Origin: an uncultured Actinomycetes bacterium
GTDB taxonomy: Bacteria; Actinomycetota; Thermoleophilia; Gaiellales; JALYLC01
Length of the DNA: 64,000 nt
Assembly: GCA_963705965.1 (NCBI GenBank)
Contig: CAVPLI010000004.1
Span: 38,601-102,600 of the forward strand
Direction of reading: 5' to 3'
Positions 51,778-63,944 of this stretch are shown in pieces (the first letter of the stretch is position 1; each line of letters opens with the position of its first letter). Under the pieces are notes generated by a model. That model made no database searches. It worked only from the letters and a program-made list of their open reading frames with translations, and had not been told where the DNA came from. The position numbers were made by a program, and so were the translations under genes.

Positions 51778-52647
51778 CTAGGAGCGCAGGGACCGCAGGA
51801 TCTCGCCGAGCGCCAGGTCGTCGGCGCTCGGGCCGTCCCCGTCGTCGACCGCCCAGACGATGTTGATCCCCGTTCGGATCAGCGCCCAGTCGCCGACGGT
51901 ACCGGCGTCGAGATCGAGCAGCGTCGCGACCCTCGCGATCGCGTCCGCGACGTGGGCGCGCTCGACGGTGCCGCGCCACACGATGTCGCGGACGAAGTGG
52001 CCCGTGTCGAATGCCGGCTCGGCCACGATCGGTTGCGGGTCGATCAGCAGCCACGGCTCGCGCTGGGCCTCGATCACGTTCCCGAGGTGATAGTCCTGAT
52101 TCCCGAGCACGAGCGGGCCGCCGCGCTCGGCGAGCGCCTCGGCGCGCTCCGCCGCGGTCGTCCGCCACGAGGCGGGGACACCTTGGCAGGCGCCGATCTG
52201 GGCCGACCAGGTGCGGCTGCGCACGGCCGCGGTCTCGAACCCGTGATCGAGAGGAACGGGCCGCCACAGGCGCCGCAGGAGGTCGCACGCGATCTCGACG
52301 GCCTCCCAGAGATCCGCGTGCTCGAGCAGCCGCCGCCCCGGGTGGCATCGCTCCACGAGGATCGCGCCGATGTCGGGCGCGTGAGCGAGCAGACGCACGG
52401 CGCCGTCGCCGGCGAAGAAGCGCAAGGCGTCGGGCTCGGCAGCGGTCGAATCGTCGACGAACCGCACCTTCAGCACGGCGTCGTCGGAAACCGGCGCAAC
52501 CCACGCCGCGACGCCCCCCTCGTACGGCTCTCCCGGCGTCACCGAGAAGCGCTCGCACGCGGCCGCCACGAGGCCTGGCATCCGCTCGAACCACTCGCGG
52601 CCCCCGGGAAAGGCCTTGATCGAGTGAAGCGACTCCGGGATCTTCAA
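51778..52647 (-). CDS. Aminoglycoside/hydroxyurea phosphotransferase (APH(6)-like) family kinase
   Basis: AVLKV, EPDAL, GAVRLL, NQDYHLGNV and WLLIDPQP. Confidence 0.85.
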   Translation of the reverse strand: MKIPESLHSIKAFPGGREWFERMPGLVAAACERFSVTPGEPYEGGVAAWVAPVSDDAVLKVRFVDDSTAAEPDALRFFAGDGAVRLLAHAPDIGAILVERCHPGRRLLEHADLWEAVEIACDLLRRLWRPVPLDHGFETAAVRSRTWSAQIGACQGVPASWRTTAAERAEALAERGGPLVLGNQDYHLGNVIEAQREPWLLIDPQPIVAEPAFDTGHFVRDIVWRGTVERAHVADAIARVATLLDLDAGTVGDWALIRTGINIVWAVDDGDGPSADDLALGEILRSLRS

Positions 52648-52730
52648 GCGAATGGGGGCTGGCGAACGGGAATGGTCTGCCGAAGAGCAACGTTACGAAT
52701 AGCACACGGTCGTAACGAAAGAGCAAAGCC

Positions 52731-52919
52731 ATGCAGACTGAATACGCACGCAGAGCCACCTTGCCCTCGGCCCTGATCCTCTCGGAGCTTCTGAGCAAGC
52801 ACGACGGCAATCCGCCCATCGAGGAGTTCGAGCAGGCGGGCTTCCGGCGCTGCGAGGCGCTCAGCTTCCTGCAGCGGCGCGCCGGCGTGGCGAACCCGCC
52901 GTCCTGCGTCGAGGGCTAG
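52731..52919 (+). CDS. Small hypothetical protein (62 aa)
   Basis: Purine-rich leader; fills the gap; its stop overlaps the convergent GT2 stop in CTAG. Confidence 0.4.
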   Translation: MQTEYARRATLPSALILSELLSKHDGNPPIEEFEQAGFRRCEALSFLQRRAGVANPPSCVEG

Positions 52920-54238
52920 GCCGCTCTCCGCAACTCGGCCGGCGGGCCGTTCGCCGCATCTGCGGATGCGGGATCGAGCGGCACGCGGTCAGTGCGATTC
53001 CAGTCGTCCCGCGCCCGCACCTGGCGGATCGCAGCGCGCGCGAGGGCCGGGAACAGCAGCCACGTGTAGAGGGCGTAGACGTGGGCGATGCCGATCGTCG
53101 CGAGTGGCCCGCGCAGGCTGTACTTCGGGCGTGACACCAGGCAGCTGAGCACGGTGTTCCCGAAGCCGATCACGTAGAGATACGGGATCTGCTCGGGGCT
53201 GGAGATGATCGCCATGTCTCCGAACGCCACGAGGTAGCCCGCGGTGATCACGGCGAGGCCGATCACGGCCTGCCACACGGGCATCAGCAGGTAGGCCACC
53301 TCCTCCATCCGCGCGTGCCGCGGCAATGGCGAGCGCCAGATCGCGCGGATCAGATCGAACGCCTGCAGGTTGCCCTGCGACCAGCGGGTGCGCTGGCGAA
53401 GCAGCGGCCGGACGCGAGGGACGCCCTGCTGCTCGACGACGGCCCGCAGCTCCTGATGCGATCTCCAGCCGGCCGTGAGCAGGCGGAGTCCGAGATCCTG
53501 GTCCTCGGTGAGCCGGTTGCGCCACGGACCGCTGCCGGTCGCGATCGCGTCGAGCGCCGAGAGGCGGTTGAACTGGCCGTTGCCGCCCATACCGGCGGTG
53601 CCCGAGCCGTTCCTGCCGGCCTGGTAGACGTGGCCGTAGACGCCGAACTCGATGTCCTGCATGCGCGCCAGCAGCGACGCGCGGTTGTAGATGCGCACGA
53701 GCGACTGCACGCCGCCCACGCCGGGATCGACGAAGTGGCCGGCGACGTGGCCCGGCCCGTCGGCGGCGATGCGCCCGTCGGCGTCCACCACGCAGACGAT
53801 CACGCGGTTGCGGTCCGCGCCGGGAAGCAGATCTCCGAGCAGGTGATAGGCGGCGTTGAGCGCCTCGGCCTTGCCGACGCGCGCATCCGGCTTGTCACGC
53901 CGCAGCACGTGCAGATCCGGATGGTCGTAGCGCGCGAGGATCTCGGGCGTCGCGTCGTCGGAGCCGTCGTCGATGACGATGATCTTGCGGCGGGCGAGCG
54001 GCACGCCGAGCAGCCGCGTGACGCTGTCGCCGATCGTGATCTGCTCGTTCAGCGCGGGCACGAGGAAGACCCACGTGAACGCGTCCTCTGCACCGGGCCC
54101 CGTGCCCGGCGGGCCCGCTGCAGCGCGCATCCCGCGTGTGATCAGCGCGAGCGTCCAGAGCGTCATGGCGATGATCACGATGAACGCGGCGGTCAGGATG
54201 ATCTGACACGGCCACGGAACGCCGTCGAACGGGATCAC
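52916..54238 (-). CDS. Processive GT2 glycosyltransferase (cellulose synthase/IcaA-like)
   Basis: VPALNE, DDGSDD, GKAEALN, VDAD, TEDQD and QRTRW; TM helices. Confidence 0.92.
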   Translation of the reverse strand: MIPFDGVPWPCQIILTAAFIVIIAMTLWTLALITRGMRAAAGPPGTGPGAEDAFTWVFLVPALNEQITIGDSVTRLLGVPLARRKIIVIDDGSDDATPEILARYDHPDLHVLRRDKPDARVGKAEALNAAYHLLGDLLPGADRNRVIVCVVDADGRIAADGPGHVAGHFVDPGVGGVQSLVRIYNRASLLARMQDIEFGVYGHVYQAGRNGSGTAGMGGNGQFNRLSALDAIATGSGPWRNRLTEDQDLGLRLLTAGWRSHQELRAVVEQQGVPRVRPLLRQRTRWSQGNLQAFDLIRAIWRSPLPRHARMEEVAYLLMPVWQAVIGLAVITAGYLVAFGDMAIISSPEQIPYLYVIGFGNTVLSCLVSRPKYSLRGPLATIGIAHVYALYTWLLFPALARAAIRQVRARDDWNRTDRVPLDPASADAANGPPAELRRAA

Positions 54239-55602
54239 GACGCTTCGCGCAGTTCGGCCGGCGGATGCGCGATCTCGACGTCGGGTGCGAGGGCGACCGG
54301 CAGCTCGAGCGGCTCGGCGGCGGCCGCGGTGAGCACGGAGAAGCGGTCGAAGCCCGCGCCGAACGCCGCGGGCGGCGCGCCGCCGAAGCGCAGGTGCTCG
54401 AGAGCGGCCACGATCCGGGCGGCGGCGTGGCCGTCGCCGTACGGGTTCGGAGCCTGCGACATCGCCGCGTACGCCTCGCCGTCGGTCAGCAGGCGGTGTG
54501 CCGCGGTGTAGATCTTCTCGGGATCGGTACCGACGAGCGCGAGTGTGCCGGCCTCGATGCCCTCGACGCGCTCGCTCGTCTCGCGTACGACGAGCACGGG
54601 CTTGCCGAGCGCGGGCGCCTCTTCCTGGATACCGCCCGAGTCGGTGATCACAAGCTCGCAACGCGCCAGCAGGCGCGCGAACTCGGCGTAGCCCATCGGC
54701 TCGCTGAGCACCACGTTCTCGCGCTCCGACAGCAGCGGCCGGAGACTCTGCTGCACGCTCGGATTCGGGTGCAGCGGAAGCACGAACGTGACGTCGGGGT
54801 GCGCGGTCGCGAGGCGGGCGACGCCCTCGCCGATCCCGCGCAGGCCCTCGCCCCAGTTCTCGCGGCGATGCGCCGTGACGAGCACGATCCTGCGATCGCT
54901 CTCGTACGCGGCCTTGACCGCGGGATCGACGAACGGCACGTCGAGCTCGGAGGCCCAGCGCAGCGCGTCGATCGCGGTGTTGCCGGTCACGAACACCTGC
55001 TTGATCGGGATGTTCTCCCGGACGAGGTTCTCCTGGTTCGTCGTCGTCGGCGCCAGGTGCAGCGACGCGATGCGCGCGATCAGGCGGCGATTCAGCTCCT
55101 CGGGGAACGGCGTGCGGTTGCCGGTTCCGGCTCGCAGGCCGGCCTCGACGTGGACCACCGGGATGCGCAGGTGGAACGCGGCGATGGCGGCACCGAGCGC
55201 CGAGCTGGTGTCGCCGTGCACGAGCACCGCGGCCGGGGAGAGCCCGGCGCGGATGTCGTCGGCCGTCGCGGCATCCGGGGTGACCTCGTGGAACCACTGG
55301 CGGCAGAAATCGTCGAAGCGCATCATCACGGACGAGACGCGCTCGCTCAGCCCCGCATGCGCGTCACCGACCCACAGCGTCACGTCCGCCCAGACGCCGG
55401 CCATCTTGAACACCTCGCGCACCATGAGGTCGTGCTGCCCGGTGGTCACGACGACGGGCTTGAACGACTCGCTGTCCTGCAGCGCGAGGATGATCGGAAG
55501 CAGCTTGATCGCCTCGGGGCGCGTGCCCACGACGACCAGGACGTTGGCCTTGGGCTTGGCCGGCTCGCTCGGAGCCGCGGAAAAGGGGATAACGGAAGCC
55601 AT
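54235..55602 (-). CDS. wecB: UDP-N-acetylglucosamine 2-epimerase (non-hydrolysing)
   Basis: GTRPEAIK, TGQH, VHGDT, HVEAGLR, PFPEE.NR, TAHRREN, TDSGGIQEEAP and NPYGDG. Confidence 0.96.
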   Translation of the reverse strand: MASVIPFSAAPSEPAKPKANVLVVVGTRPEAIKLLPIILALQDSESFKPVVVTTGQHDLMVREVFKMAGVWADVTLWVGDAHAGLSERVSSVMMRFDDFCRQWFHEVTPDAATADDIRAGLSPAAVLVHGDTSSALGAAIAAFHLRIPVVHVEAGLRAGTGNRTPFPEELNRRLIARIASLHLAPTTTNQENLVRENIPIKQVFVTGNTAIDALRWASELDVPFVDPAVKAAYESDRRIVLVTAHRRENWGEGLRGIGEGVARLATAHPDVTFVLPLHPNPSVQQSLRPLLSERENVVLSEPMGYAEFARLLARCELVITDSGGIQEEAPALGKPVLVVRETSERVEGIEAGTLALVGTDPEKIYTAAHRLLTDGEAYAAMSQAPNPYGDGHAAARIVAALEHLRFGGAPPAAFGAGFDRFSVLTAAAAEPLELPVALAPDVEIAHPPAELREAS

Positions 55603-55738
55603 CCCTCGTGGCTATCGGTACAGCGCGCGGGAAACCTGAGTCCCAAGCGACCGCCCCCGCGGCTCCGGCTACCCGTCTTTCTGTTGAGATACGGGCCATG
55701 CGAAAGGCAGGCACACCCGCGTTTCCCGGCGCGACCGG

Positions 55739-56622
55739 ATGATCTACGGCGGCATCGAGGCGGGCGGGACGAAATGGGTCTGCGCCGTGGGCAGCGACCC
55801 CGGCGAGGTCCAGGAGACGGTCTCGTTCGCGACCACGACGCCTGACGAGACGCTTGCGCGCGCCGCTGCCTTCTTCGCGGGGCACGGCGAGCTCGCCGCG
55901 ATCGGGGTCGGCTGCTTCGGTCCGCTCGATCTCCGAGCCGGATCGCCCACCTGGGGCCGGATCACGACGACGCCCAAGCCCGGCTGGAGCGGCACGGACG
56001 TCGCGGGGACGCTAGCGGGCGCGCTCGGCGTGCCGATCGCGATCGACACCGACGTCAACGCCGCGGCCCTCGGCGGAGCACCGCTGGGGTAGCGCGAGCC
56101 GGGCTCGGCACCTTCTGTTACATCACCGTCGGAACCGGGATCGGCGGCGGCGGCCTCGTCAACGGCGAGCTCATGCACGGCCTCATCCACCCCGAGTTCG
56201 GCCACATGCGCGTGCCGCACGACCGCGAGCGCGATCCGTTCGCCGGAGCGTGCCCGTACCACGGCGACTGCCTCGAGGGGCTCGCGTCGGGCAGCGCGCT
56301 GCTGGCGCGCTGGGGCGTACCGGCCGAGGAGGTGACCGACGAGCGAGCCTGGCAGCTCGAGGCCGAGTACCTGGCGCTCGGCATCGCGAACGTCACGAGC
56401 GTCCTGTCGCCCGAGCGGGTCGTGATCGGCGGCGGAGTCATGGCGCACCCCTCCCTGCTCCCGCTGATCCGCGAGCGCGTCGGGCAGCTGCTCGCGGGCT
56501 ATTTCAGCGCGCCGGCACTGAGCGGCGATCTCTCCGGCTACATCGTCGCGCCGGCTCTCGACGGCCGCGCGGGCGTCCTCGGGGCGCTGGAGCTCGCGCG
56601 CATGCTGGCCGCAGGCGCCTAA
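55739..56622 (+). CDS. ROK family fructokinase; frameshift near 56075
   Basis: GIEAGGTKW, GCFGP, TTPKPGW, DTDVN, TVGTGIG, HPEFGH and CPYHGDCLEGLASG. Confidence 0.92.
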
Positions 56623-57422
56623 CGGGCGCTGGTCGCGCGCACGGCGAATGCCCGGGCCGTCATCGTGATCGAGCCGTCGGGTGCGGGCGGGAAGCGCTCG
56701 GCGAGAAGCGCGCGAAGGGCCTCGCGCCTCTCCTCGGGGAGACCTGCGCAATAGCCCGGCGCCGGGCCGGTGCCACTCAGGAACGGCGTCCAGTAGTCGT
56801 CGAAGCTCGCGAAGCGGGCCACGAGGTCGATCGTGCGGTTGGCGATTCCGTCGAGGCCCGCGCCGGCGAAGAGGGCGCGAAGCTCGTCGGGCGCACAGAG
56901 CGGGAAGCGTCGTGCCTCGTCGAGGTCGCGAGCGGCCGGATCGAGGGCGATCGCAGCGTCCCAGAACGCGCGGATCGGCTCCATCTTCTCCGCGTAGTCC
57001 CAGACGTACGCGGCGATCGTCGCGCCGGGGCGGGCGACGCGCAGGCATTCACGGAGCGCGGCCGCCGGGTCGGGGATGAAGTTGAGGACGAGGCCCGAGA
57101 CGACGACGTCGGCTGACCCCGCCGCGAGCGGCAAGGCCAGCGCATCGCCTGTGAGGAACACCGCGTGCCGATCCGGCGTGGCGGCACGTGCGTGGTCGAT
57201 GAAGCTGGCCGACGGGTCGATCCCGACCACCGCCGCCGGATCGGCGCGCTCGAGGATCGCGGTCGTGAGTGCACCCGTGCCGCAGCCGAGATCGAGCCAC
57301 GATCCCCCGGGCGCCGCATCGAGCCAGTCGATGAACTCCACGGCGACGCCGCGACTCCAGCGTCCGACGTAGGACTCGTAGGAGTCGCCGCCGGTCCAGC
57401 GATCCTTCCGTCCGGCTTCCAC
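56619..57422 (-). CDS. Class I SAM-dependent methyltransferase
   Basis: YVGRWS, WLDLGCGTG, GIDPS, GDA and AAYVWDY. Confidence 0.92.
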   Translation of the reverse strand: MEAGRKDRWTGGDSYESYVGRWSRGVAVEFIDWLDAAPGGSWLDLGCGTGALTTAILERADPAAVVGIDPSASFIDHARAATPDRHAVFLTGDALALPLAAGSADVVVSGLVLNFIPDPAAALRECLRVARPGATIAAYVWDYAEKMEPIRAFWDAAIALDPAARDLDEARRFPLCAPDELRALFAGAGLDGIANRTIDLVARFASFDDYWTPFLSGTGPAPGYCAGLPEERREALRALLAERFPPAPDGSITMTARAFAVRATSAR

Positions 57423-57443
57423 CGGCCGAGTCTACGCCTGCTC

Positions 57444-57926
57444 TCAGTCGAGTACGAGCCCCATCGAGAGCGCGTCCCACAGCTCACCGCTCGCGCGCCG
57501 GTACTGCTTCACGAGCAGTCCCTCCTCGACGAACCCGAACTTGCGGTAGAGAGCGAGCGCGGCGGCGTTCGTGGGCCAGACGTCCAGGCAGAGCTTGTGC
57601 AGGCCGCGCTCACGCGCGAGGTCGATGGAAGCCCGCACGAGAGCCGAGCCGACGCCGCGGCCACGCCACCCCGCGTCGACGAGCATCCCGAGCTCGCCGT
57701 ATCCGAAGCGGCTGACCTCGACGTGGATCATGCCGACGATGCGCCCGCCGGCCTCGGCGACGACCGTCTCGTCGATCGTCCCTGCGAAGGTCGCCGCGCG
57801 CTCCTCGACGTCGACCGGCGGCTCGGTGCCGATCTTGTCCCGCTCCTCCGCAACCGCGGCCATCAGCTGCGCCATCGCGCGCACATCCTCGGGCCGAGCC
57901 GGCCGGATTGCGAACGCCGCCGCCAC
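57444..57926 (-). CDS. GNAT N-acetyltransferase
   Basis: IRPARPED, WRGRGVGSAL and NAAALALYRKFGF. Confidence 0.92.
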   Translation of the reverse strand: MAAAFAIRPARPEDVRAMAQLMAAVAEERDKIGTEPPVDVEERAATFAGTIDETVVAEAGGRIVGMIHVEVSRFGYGELGMLVDAGWRGRGVGSALVRASIDLARERGLHKLCLDVWPTNAAALALYRKFGFVEEGLLVKQYRRASGELWDALSMGLVLD

Positions 57927-57929
57927 GGG

Positions 57930-58094
57930 TCAGTCCACGACGCGAACGTCGTAGCGCGACGCGATCTCCCCCATGCGCTGCGTCGTCATCCCGCCGGCGG
58001 TCGCCTCGGTCGTCGCCTTGATCGTCGTCGAGGAGGCCGGGCCGAGCGCGTGGCGCTCGCCCTCTCCCGCCTGGTACACCACGCCGCCATCCAT
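57930..58094 (-). pseudogene. Internally deleted cupin-like remnant (54 aa)
   Basis: GEGERHALG..TIKAT.EATAG joined directly to MGEIASRYD.RVV; no cupin His motifs. Confidence 0.5.
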
Positions 58095-58125
58095 CGCTTC
58101 AGCGTATCCGCGTGCGGCGCGCCGG

Positions 58126-59716
<1,591 letters not shown>

Positions 59717-59793
59717 CCGCAGGCGATTCTAGGCACGGGAGGGTGCGCCGGCGCCTCGCGTACCCGCGCACCGTCGCCCGTTAGTCTCCGCGG

Positions 59794-60837
59794 ATGGCTG
59801 ACGGCACGCAGATCCGCACCGCAATCATCGGCTACGGCCTCTCGGGGCGCATCTTCCACGCGCCGTTCATCGCCGCGAGCCCCCGCTTCTCGCTCGAGGG
59901 CATCTCGACGGGCGATCCGGCCCGTCGCGAGCGGGCCGCGCAGGATTATCCGGGAGCCGAGATCTTCGGCTCCCCCGAAGACCTGCTCGCGGAGAGCTTC
60001 GATCTCGTCGTGCTCGGGTCGCCCGCGCACGTCCACCTCGAACAGGGCCTGGCCGCGCTCTCCGCGGGAGCGGCACTCGTCATCGACAAGCCCTTCGCCG
60101 CGTCCGTCGCCGAGGCCGAGCAGCTCATCGCGGCGGCCGAGTCCGCGTCGCGGCCGCTCGTCGTCTTCCAGAATCGCCGCTGGGACGGTGATTTCCTCAC
60201 CGTCCGCAAGCTCGTCGGATCGGGCGCGCTCGGAGACGTGCATCGCTTCGAGTCGACGTTCGAGCGCTGGTCGCCGACGCTCGGGCAGCGCTGGCAGGAC
60301 ACGACCACGACCAGCCAGGGCGCCGGGATCGTGTTCGATCTCGGCAGCCATCTCGTCGATCAGGCGCTGCACCTGTTCGGGCCGGCGACGCTGACCGCTG
60401 CCGAGCTCTCGATCCTGCGTCCCGGCGGGGTGAGCGCCGACGAGGCATTCCTTTCGCTCCTGCACGACAACGGCACGCGCTCCCATCTCACGATGAGCCG
60501 CTTCGCGACGCGCAGCGGCCCGCGCTTCCGCGTCCTCGGCTCGCAGGCGGGATACATGGTGTACGGCCTCGACGGGCAGGAGCCGGCACTCGTGGCGGGC
60601 GCCAGGCCGGGCGACGCGGATTTCGGGGTCACGCCCGAGGACGCGTGGGGCACGCTCGGCATCAGCGGCTCCGATCCGCCGCCCGCGCGCGTTCCCACCG
60701 AGCGGGGCGACTACGCCGCCTTCTACGAGGGCGTCGCCGCGACCATCCGCGACGGCGCACCGCCGCCGGTGAACCCACTGGACTCACTCGCGGCGCTCCG
60801 GATCATCGCGCGCGCGCACGAGATCGCGGGAATCTGA
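59794..60837 (+). CDS. Gfo/Idh/MocA family oxidoreductase
   Basis: GYGLSGRIFHAP, DKPF, FQNRRWDGDF and DLGSHLVDQA. Confidence 0.93.
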   Translation: MADGTQIRTAIIGYGLSGRIFHAPFIAASPRFSLEGISTGDPARRERAAQDYPGAEIFGSPEDLLAESFDLVVLGSPAHVHLEQGLAALSAGAALVIDKPFAASVAEAEQLIAAAESASRPLVVFQNRRWDGDFLTVRKLVGSGALGDVHRFESTFERWSPTLGQRWQDTTTTSQGAGIVFDLGSHLVDQALHLFGPATLTAAELSILRPGGVSADEAFLSLLHDNGTRSHLTMSRFATRSGPRFRVLGSQAGYMVYGLDGQEPALVAGARPGDADFGVTPEDAWGTLGISGSDPPPARVPTERGDYAAFYEGVAATIRDGAPPPVNPLDSLAALRIIARAHEIAGI

Positions 60838-60978
60838 CCTGACGGCCGGTGCGGGTGCGCCGGCGCCCGCGGCCAAATATCACCCGTGCAATTGCATGGA
60901 GACCGTGCTTCGTTGGTGCCGTTCTTCTTCGTCACCTCGGGAGCACGGATGTCGTCGTTCGGATTCACAGCGCGCGGA

Positions 60979-62732
60979 ATGCGCGCCAGGTTGCTGCTGG
61001 CGCTCGCGCTCGTGACATCGCTCGCCTCCGTCTCGGCGGGCACGGCGCATGCGGCCGCCCCGGTCGATCTCGGCGACCCGGGCGGAGAGGGCCTCTCCCT
61101 CGCAGGACTGAGCGAGAACGGCCAGGTCGCCGGCCATATCGCGTTCCCGGCGGATGGCGTGCGGCGCGCCTTCAGCGGGAACGCAGCCACGGGCATGATC
61201 AACCTCGCGCCATTCGGTGGGAGCGGGCCCAAGGCGGGCGCAAGCGCGTCCGCGATCTCCCGCACGGGCGTCGTCGTCGGCGACAGCTCGCTGCAACGCA
61301 GCGCAACCCCCGGGGACGTCGTCAACCACGCGTTCTCGTGGACGCCTTCGGGAGGGATGGTCGACCTGGGGTCTCTGGGCGGCGATCTCGCCGGGGCGGC
61401 CGGCGTGAGCGGGAACGGCAAGATCGTCGTCGGCGTCAGCACGATCCCGGGCGAGGCCGTGGTGCCGGCATTCGCGTGGACGCAGGCCGGCGGCATGGTC
61501 CAGTTGCCCGGGCTGCCGGGCGCGACGTGCCCGAAGTGGTGCTCGGTCGCGCGCATCGTCAATGACGCGGGCGTGATCGCCGGCACGACGTACGGAACGG
61601 ACAACCAGGTGCACGGCGTCGTGTGGCTGCCGAGCGGTGACATCGTCGATCTCGGGGTGTTCGGTACCCAGAGCAGCCCGGCGGCGATCAATGCGAGCGG
61701 GCAGGTCGTCGGCTCGCGCATCGTCGGAGGCGTCACTCGCGCGTTCTCATGGACGCTCGCCGGCGGGATCGTCGACATCGCGCCGCCGGCAGCCGGATCG
61801 ACGAGCTACGCCGCCGACGTCAACGATGCCGGTCAGGTCGTCGGTGCCGTCAACGACCATCCGTTCGTCTGGACTCAGGCGGGCGGACTCGTCGTCCTCG
61901 GCAACCTGGGCGCCGGTTCCGGCACGGGTGGTGCGTCCGACGTCAATGCAAGCGGTGTCGTGGTTGGCACCAGCACTGCCCTCGACCTGAAGCGACACCC
62001 CTACCTCTGGACTCCATCGACCGGGATGATCGACCTCGGCCTGCCCAGCAGCGGGTGGGTCCAGCCGACGCTGTTCATCAGCGACAGCGGCTGGATCGCA
62101 GGTACCGGAACGCTCACGACCTCTCCAGTCGGAGTCCAATCGACCTCACGTCTTCATGTGGTCGGCTGCGGACTACCTGCCGGAACCGGCAGTCGAGCCG
62201 GAGCCCGATCCCGTGCCCGACCCGGTCGTGCCCACGCCCGCGACCAGCGGCGCGGCCGACCCGGTCGTGCCGGTGTCCGCGCTCCCGCCCGTCGCCGCCC
62301 CCTCCCCTCTCCTGCCGGTCATCGCTCCTCCGGCTACGATCGCCGCCGTCACGAGGGGCAACGCCGCGAGCCTCGTCAAGGCGCGCGGCCGGGCCTACGC
62401 AGCCGAGGTCGGCCGCCATCTCCGGGTGCTCGAAGGCGTGTGCGACACCCGCCTGCAGCCTCCGTCGGGTGCGAGCGCTCGGCACTGCGCAGCGCGCCTA
62501 CTCCGCGTTTGCTCGGAAGGACGTCGCGCGCCCGTCGCAGTGCGGTACCGCGGCGCGCGGCCTCGGCTCGCGCCTCGCCACGTCGGAGAAAGCGCGAGCT
62601 GCCCTTCAGCGGGCGCTCCTGCGAGCTCAGCGGGGAGCGAAGCAGCCTCTGGCCGCACCGTTGCGCAAGGCCGCCCTCGAGGTGACCCGCACCATCACCG
62701 CGTCTCGGTTCTACGCGGCCGCCTGCGGCTAG
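60979..62732 (+). CDS. Secreted HAF-repeat (beta-propeller-like) protein with Pro-rich linker; frameshifts in the 3' part
   Basis: Signal peptide; repeated HAF.WT..GGM.DLG and A..IN..GQVVG units; EPEPDPVPDPVVPTP linker. Confidence 0.82.
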
Positions 62733-62765
62733 CGCCCTCTCGCCGGCCTGTGCTTCCCTTCAGGC

Positions 62766-63944
62766 GTGCGGATCGTCTTCTCGTGTCGTCCGGCGTACGG
62801 GCACCTCTATCCGCTCCTGCCGCTCGCGAAGGCGTGCCGCGCGGCCGGCCATGACGTCATCTTCGGCACCGGCGAGACGGCGTTGCCGCGACTGCGGGCG
62901 CTCGGGTTCCGCGCCGAGCGAGTCGGAATCTCGATCGACGCCGCGGATGAGCTGGCGCTTTCGAGCGACCCGAGTCTCGGCGAGCTCCCACGGGATCAGC
63001 GGTGGCAGATCGGCGTCGCGGTATTCGGCGACGTGCTCGCCCGCAGGACGCTCGACGACCTGCGCCCGCTGCTGGACGAAGCCGCGCCGGACCTCGTGGT
63101 CTACGACGAGACCGACATCGGCGCGGCGGCCGCGGCTCATGCGGCGGGAGTGCCTGCCGTGGCGCACTCGCTCGGCCGCCAGCTCCCCGATCCGATCCGC
63201 CGCGCCGTCCTCGCGCGCCTCGCGAGCGTCATGGGCGAGTTGGGCGTCGACCCTGTCCCCGGCGATCTCTTCGAGACCGGCGCGTACCTCGACATCTGCC
63301 CGCGGACGCTGCAGGACGCGGCGGCGTCGGAGCCCGGCGAGCGAATCCCCCTGCGCCCGGTCGCGCAACGCGAGCCGGGCGACGCGGTGCCGGAGTGGAT
63401 CCTCGACGCGCGCTCGCGCCCACTGGCGTACCTCACGCTCGGCACGTACGTCTCCGGGAACGTGGAGTCGTTGCGAGCGGCTGCCGCCGGCCTGGGCGCA
63501 CTCGGGATCGACACGCTCGTGACCGTGGGCCCCGAGGGCGACCCGGCCTCCCTGGGGGCTCTGCCCGACTCGGTCAGGGTCGAGCGCTTCGTGCCACAAG
63601 GGGCCTTATTGCCACATCTGGACGTTGTCGCTCACCACGCCGGAAGTGGCACGCTGCTCGGCGCGCTGTCACACGGCCTGCCACAGCTGCTGCTCCCGCA
63701 TGGCGCCGACCAGTTCATGAACGCCGAGGCACTCGTCGCCCGTGGCGCGGCCCGTCGCCTGCTGCCCGAGGAGATCACGGCGGAAGCGGTGGCGGAGGCG
63801 ATCCAGGCACTGCTGGACGAGCCCGGCTACCGCAGAGTCGCCGAGGACCTCGCGGAAGAGATCGCTGCAATGCCGGATCCGGCAGACACGGTGCCCGTGC
63901 TGGAGCGACTGGGCGTCACCACTTCGAGGGATGGCACTGCATAG
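62766..63944 (+). CDS. GT1 glycosyltransferase (MGT/EryCIII-like)
   Basis: GHLYPLLPLA...AGHDV, YLTLGT, FVPQ, HHAGSGT and PHGADQFMNA. Confidence 0.93.
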   Translation: MRIVFSCRPAYGHLYPLLPLAKACRAAGHDVIFGTGETALPRLRALGFRAERVGISIDAADELALSSDPSLGELPRDQRWQIGVAVFGDVLARRTLDDLRPLLDEAAPDLVVYDETDIGAAAAAHAAGVPAVAHSLGRQLPDPIRRAVLARLASVMGELGVDPVPGDLFETGAYLDICPRTLQDAAASEPGERIPLRPVAQREPGDAVPEWILDARSRPLAYLTLGTYVSGNVESLRAAAAGLGALGIDTLVTVGPEGDPASLGALPDSVRVERFVPQGALLPHLDVVAHHAGSGTLLGALSHGLPQLLLPHGADQFMNAEALVARGAARRLLPEEITAEAVAEAIQALLDEPGYRRVAEDLAEEIAAMPDPADTVPVLERLGVTTSRDGTA

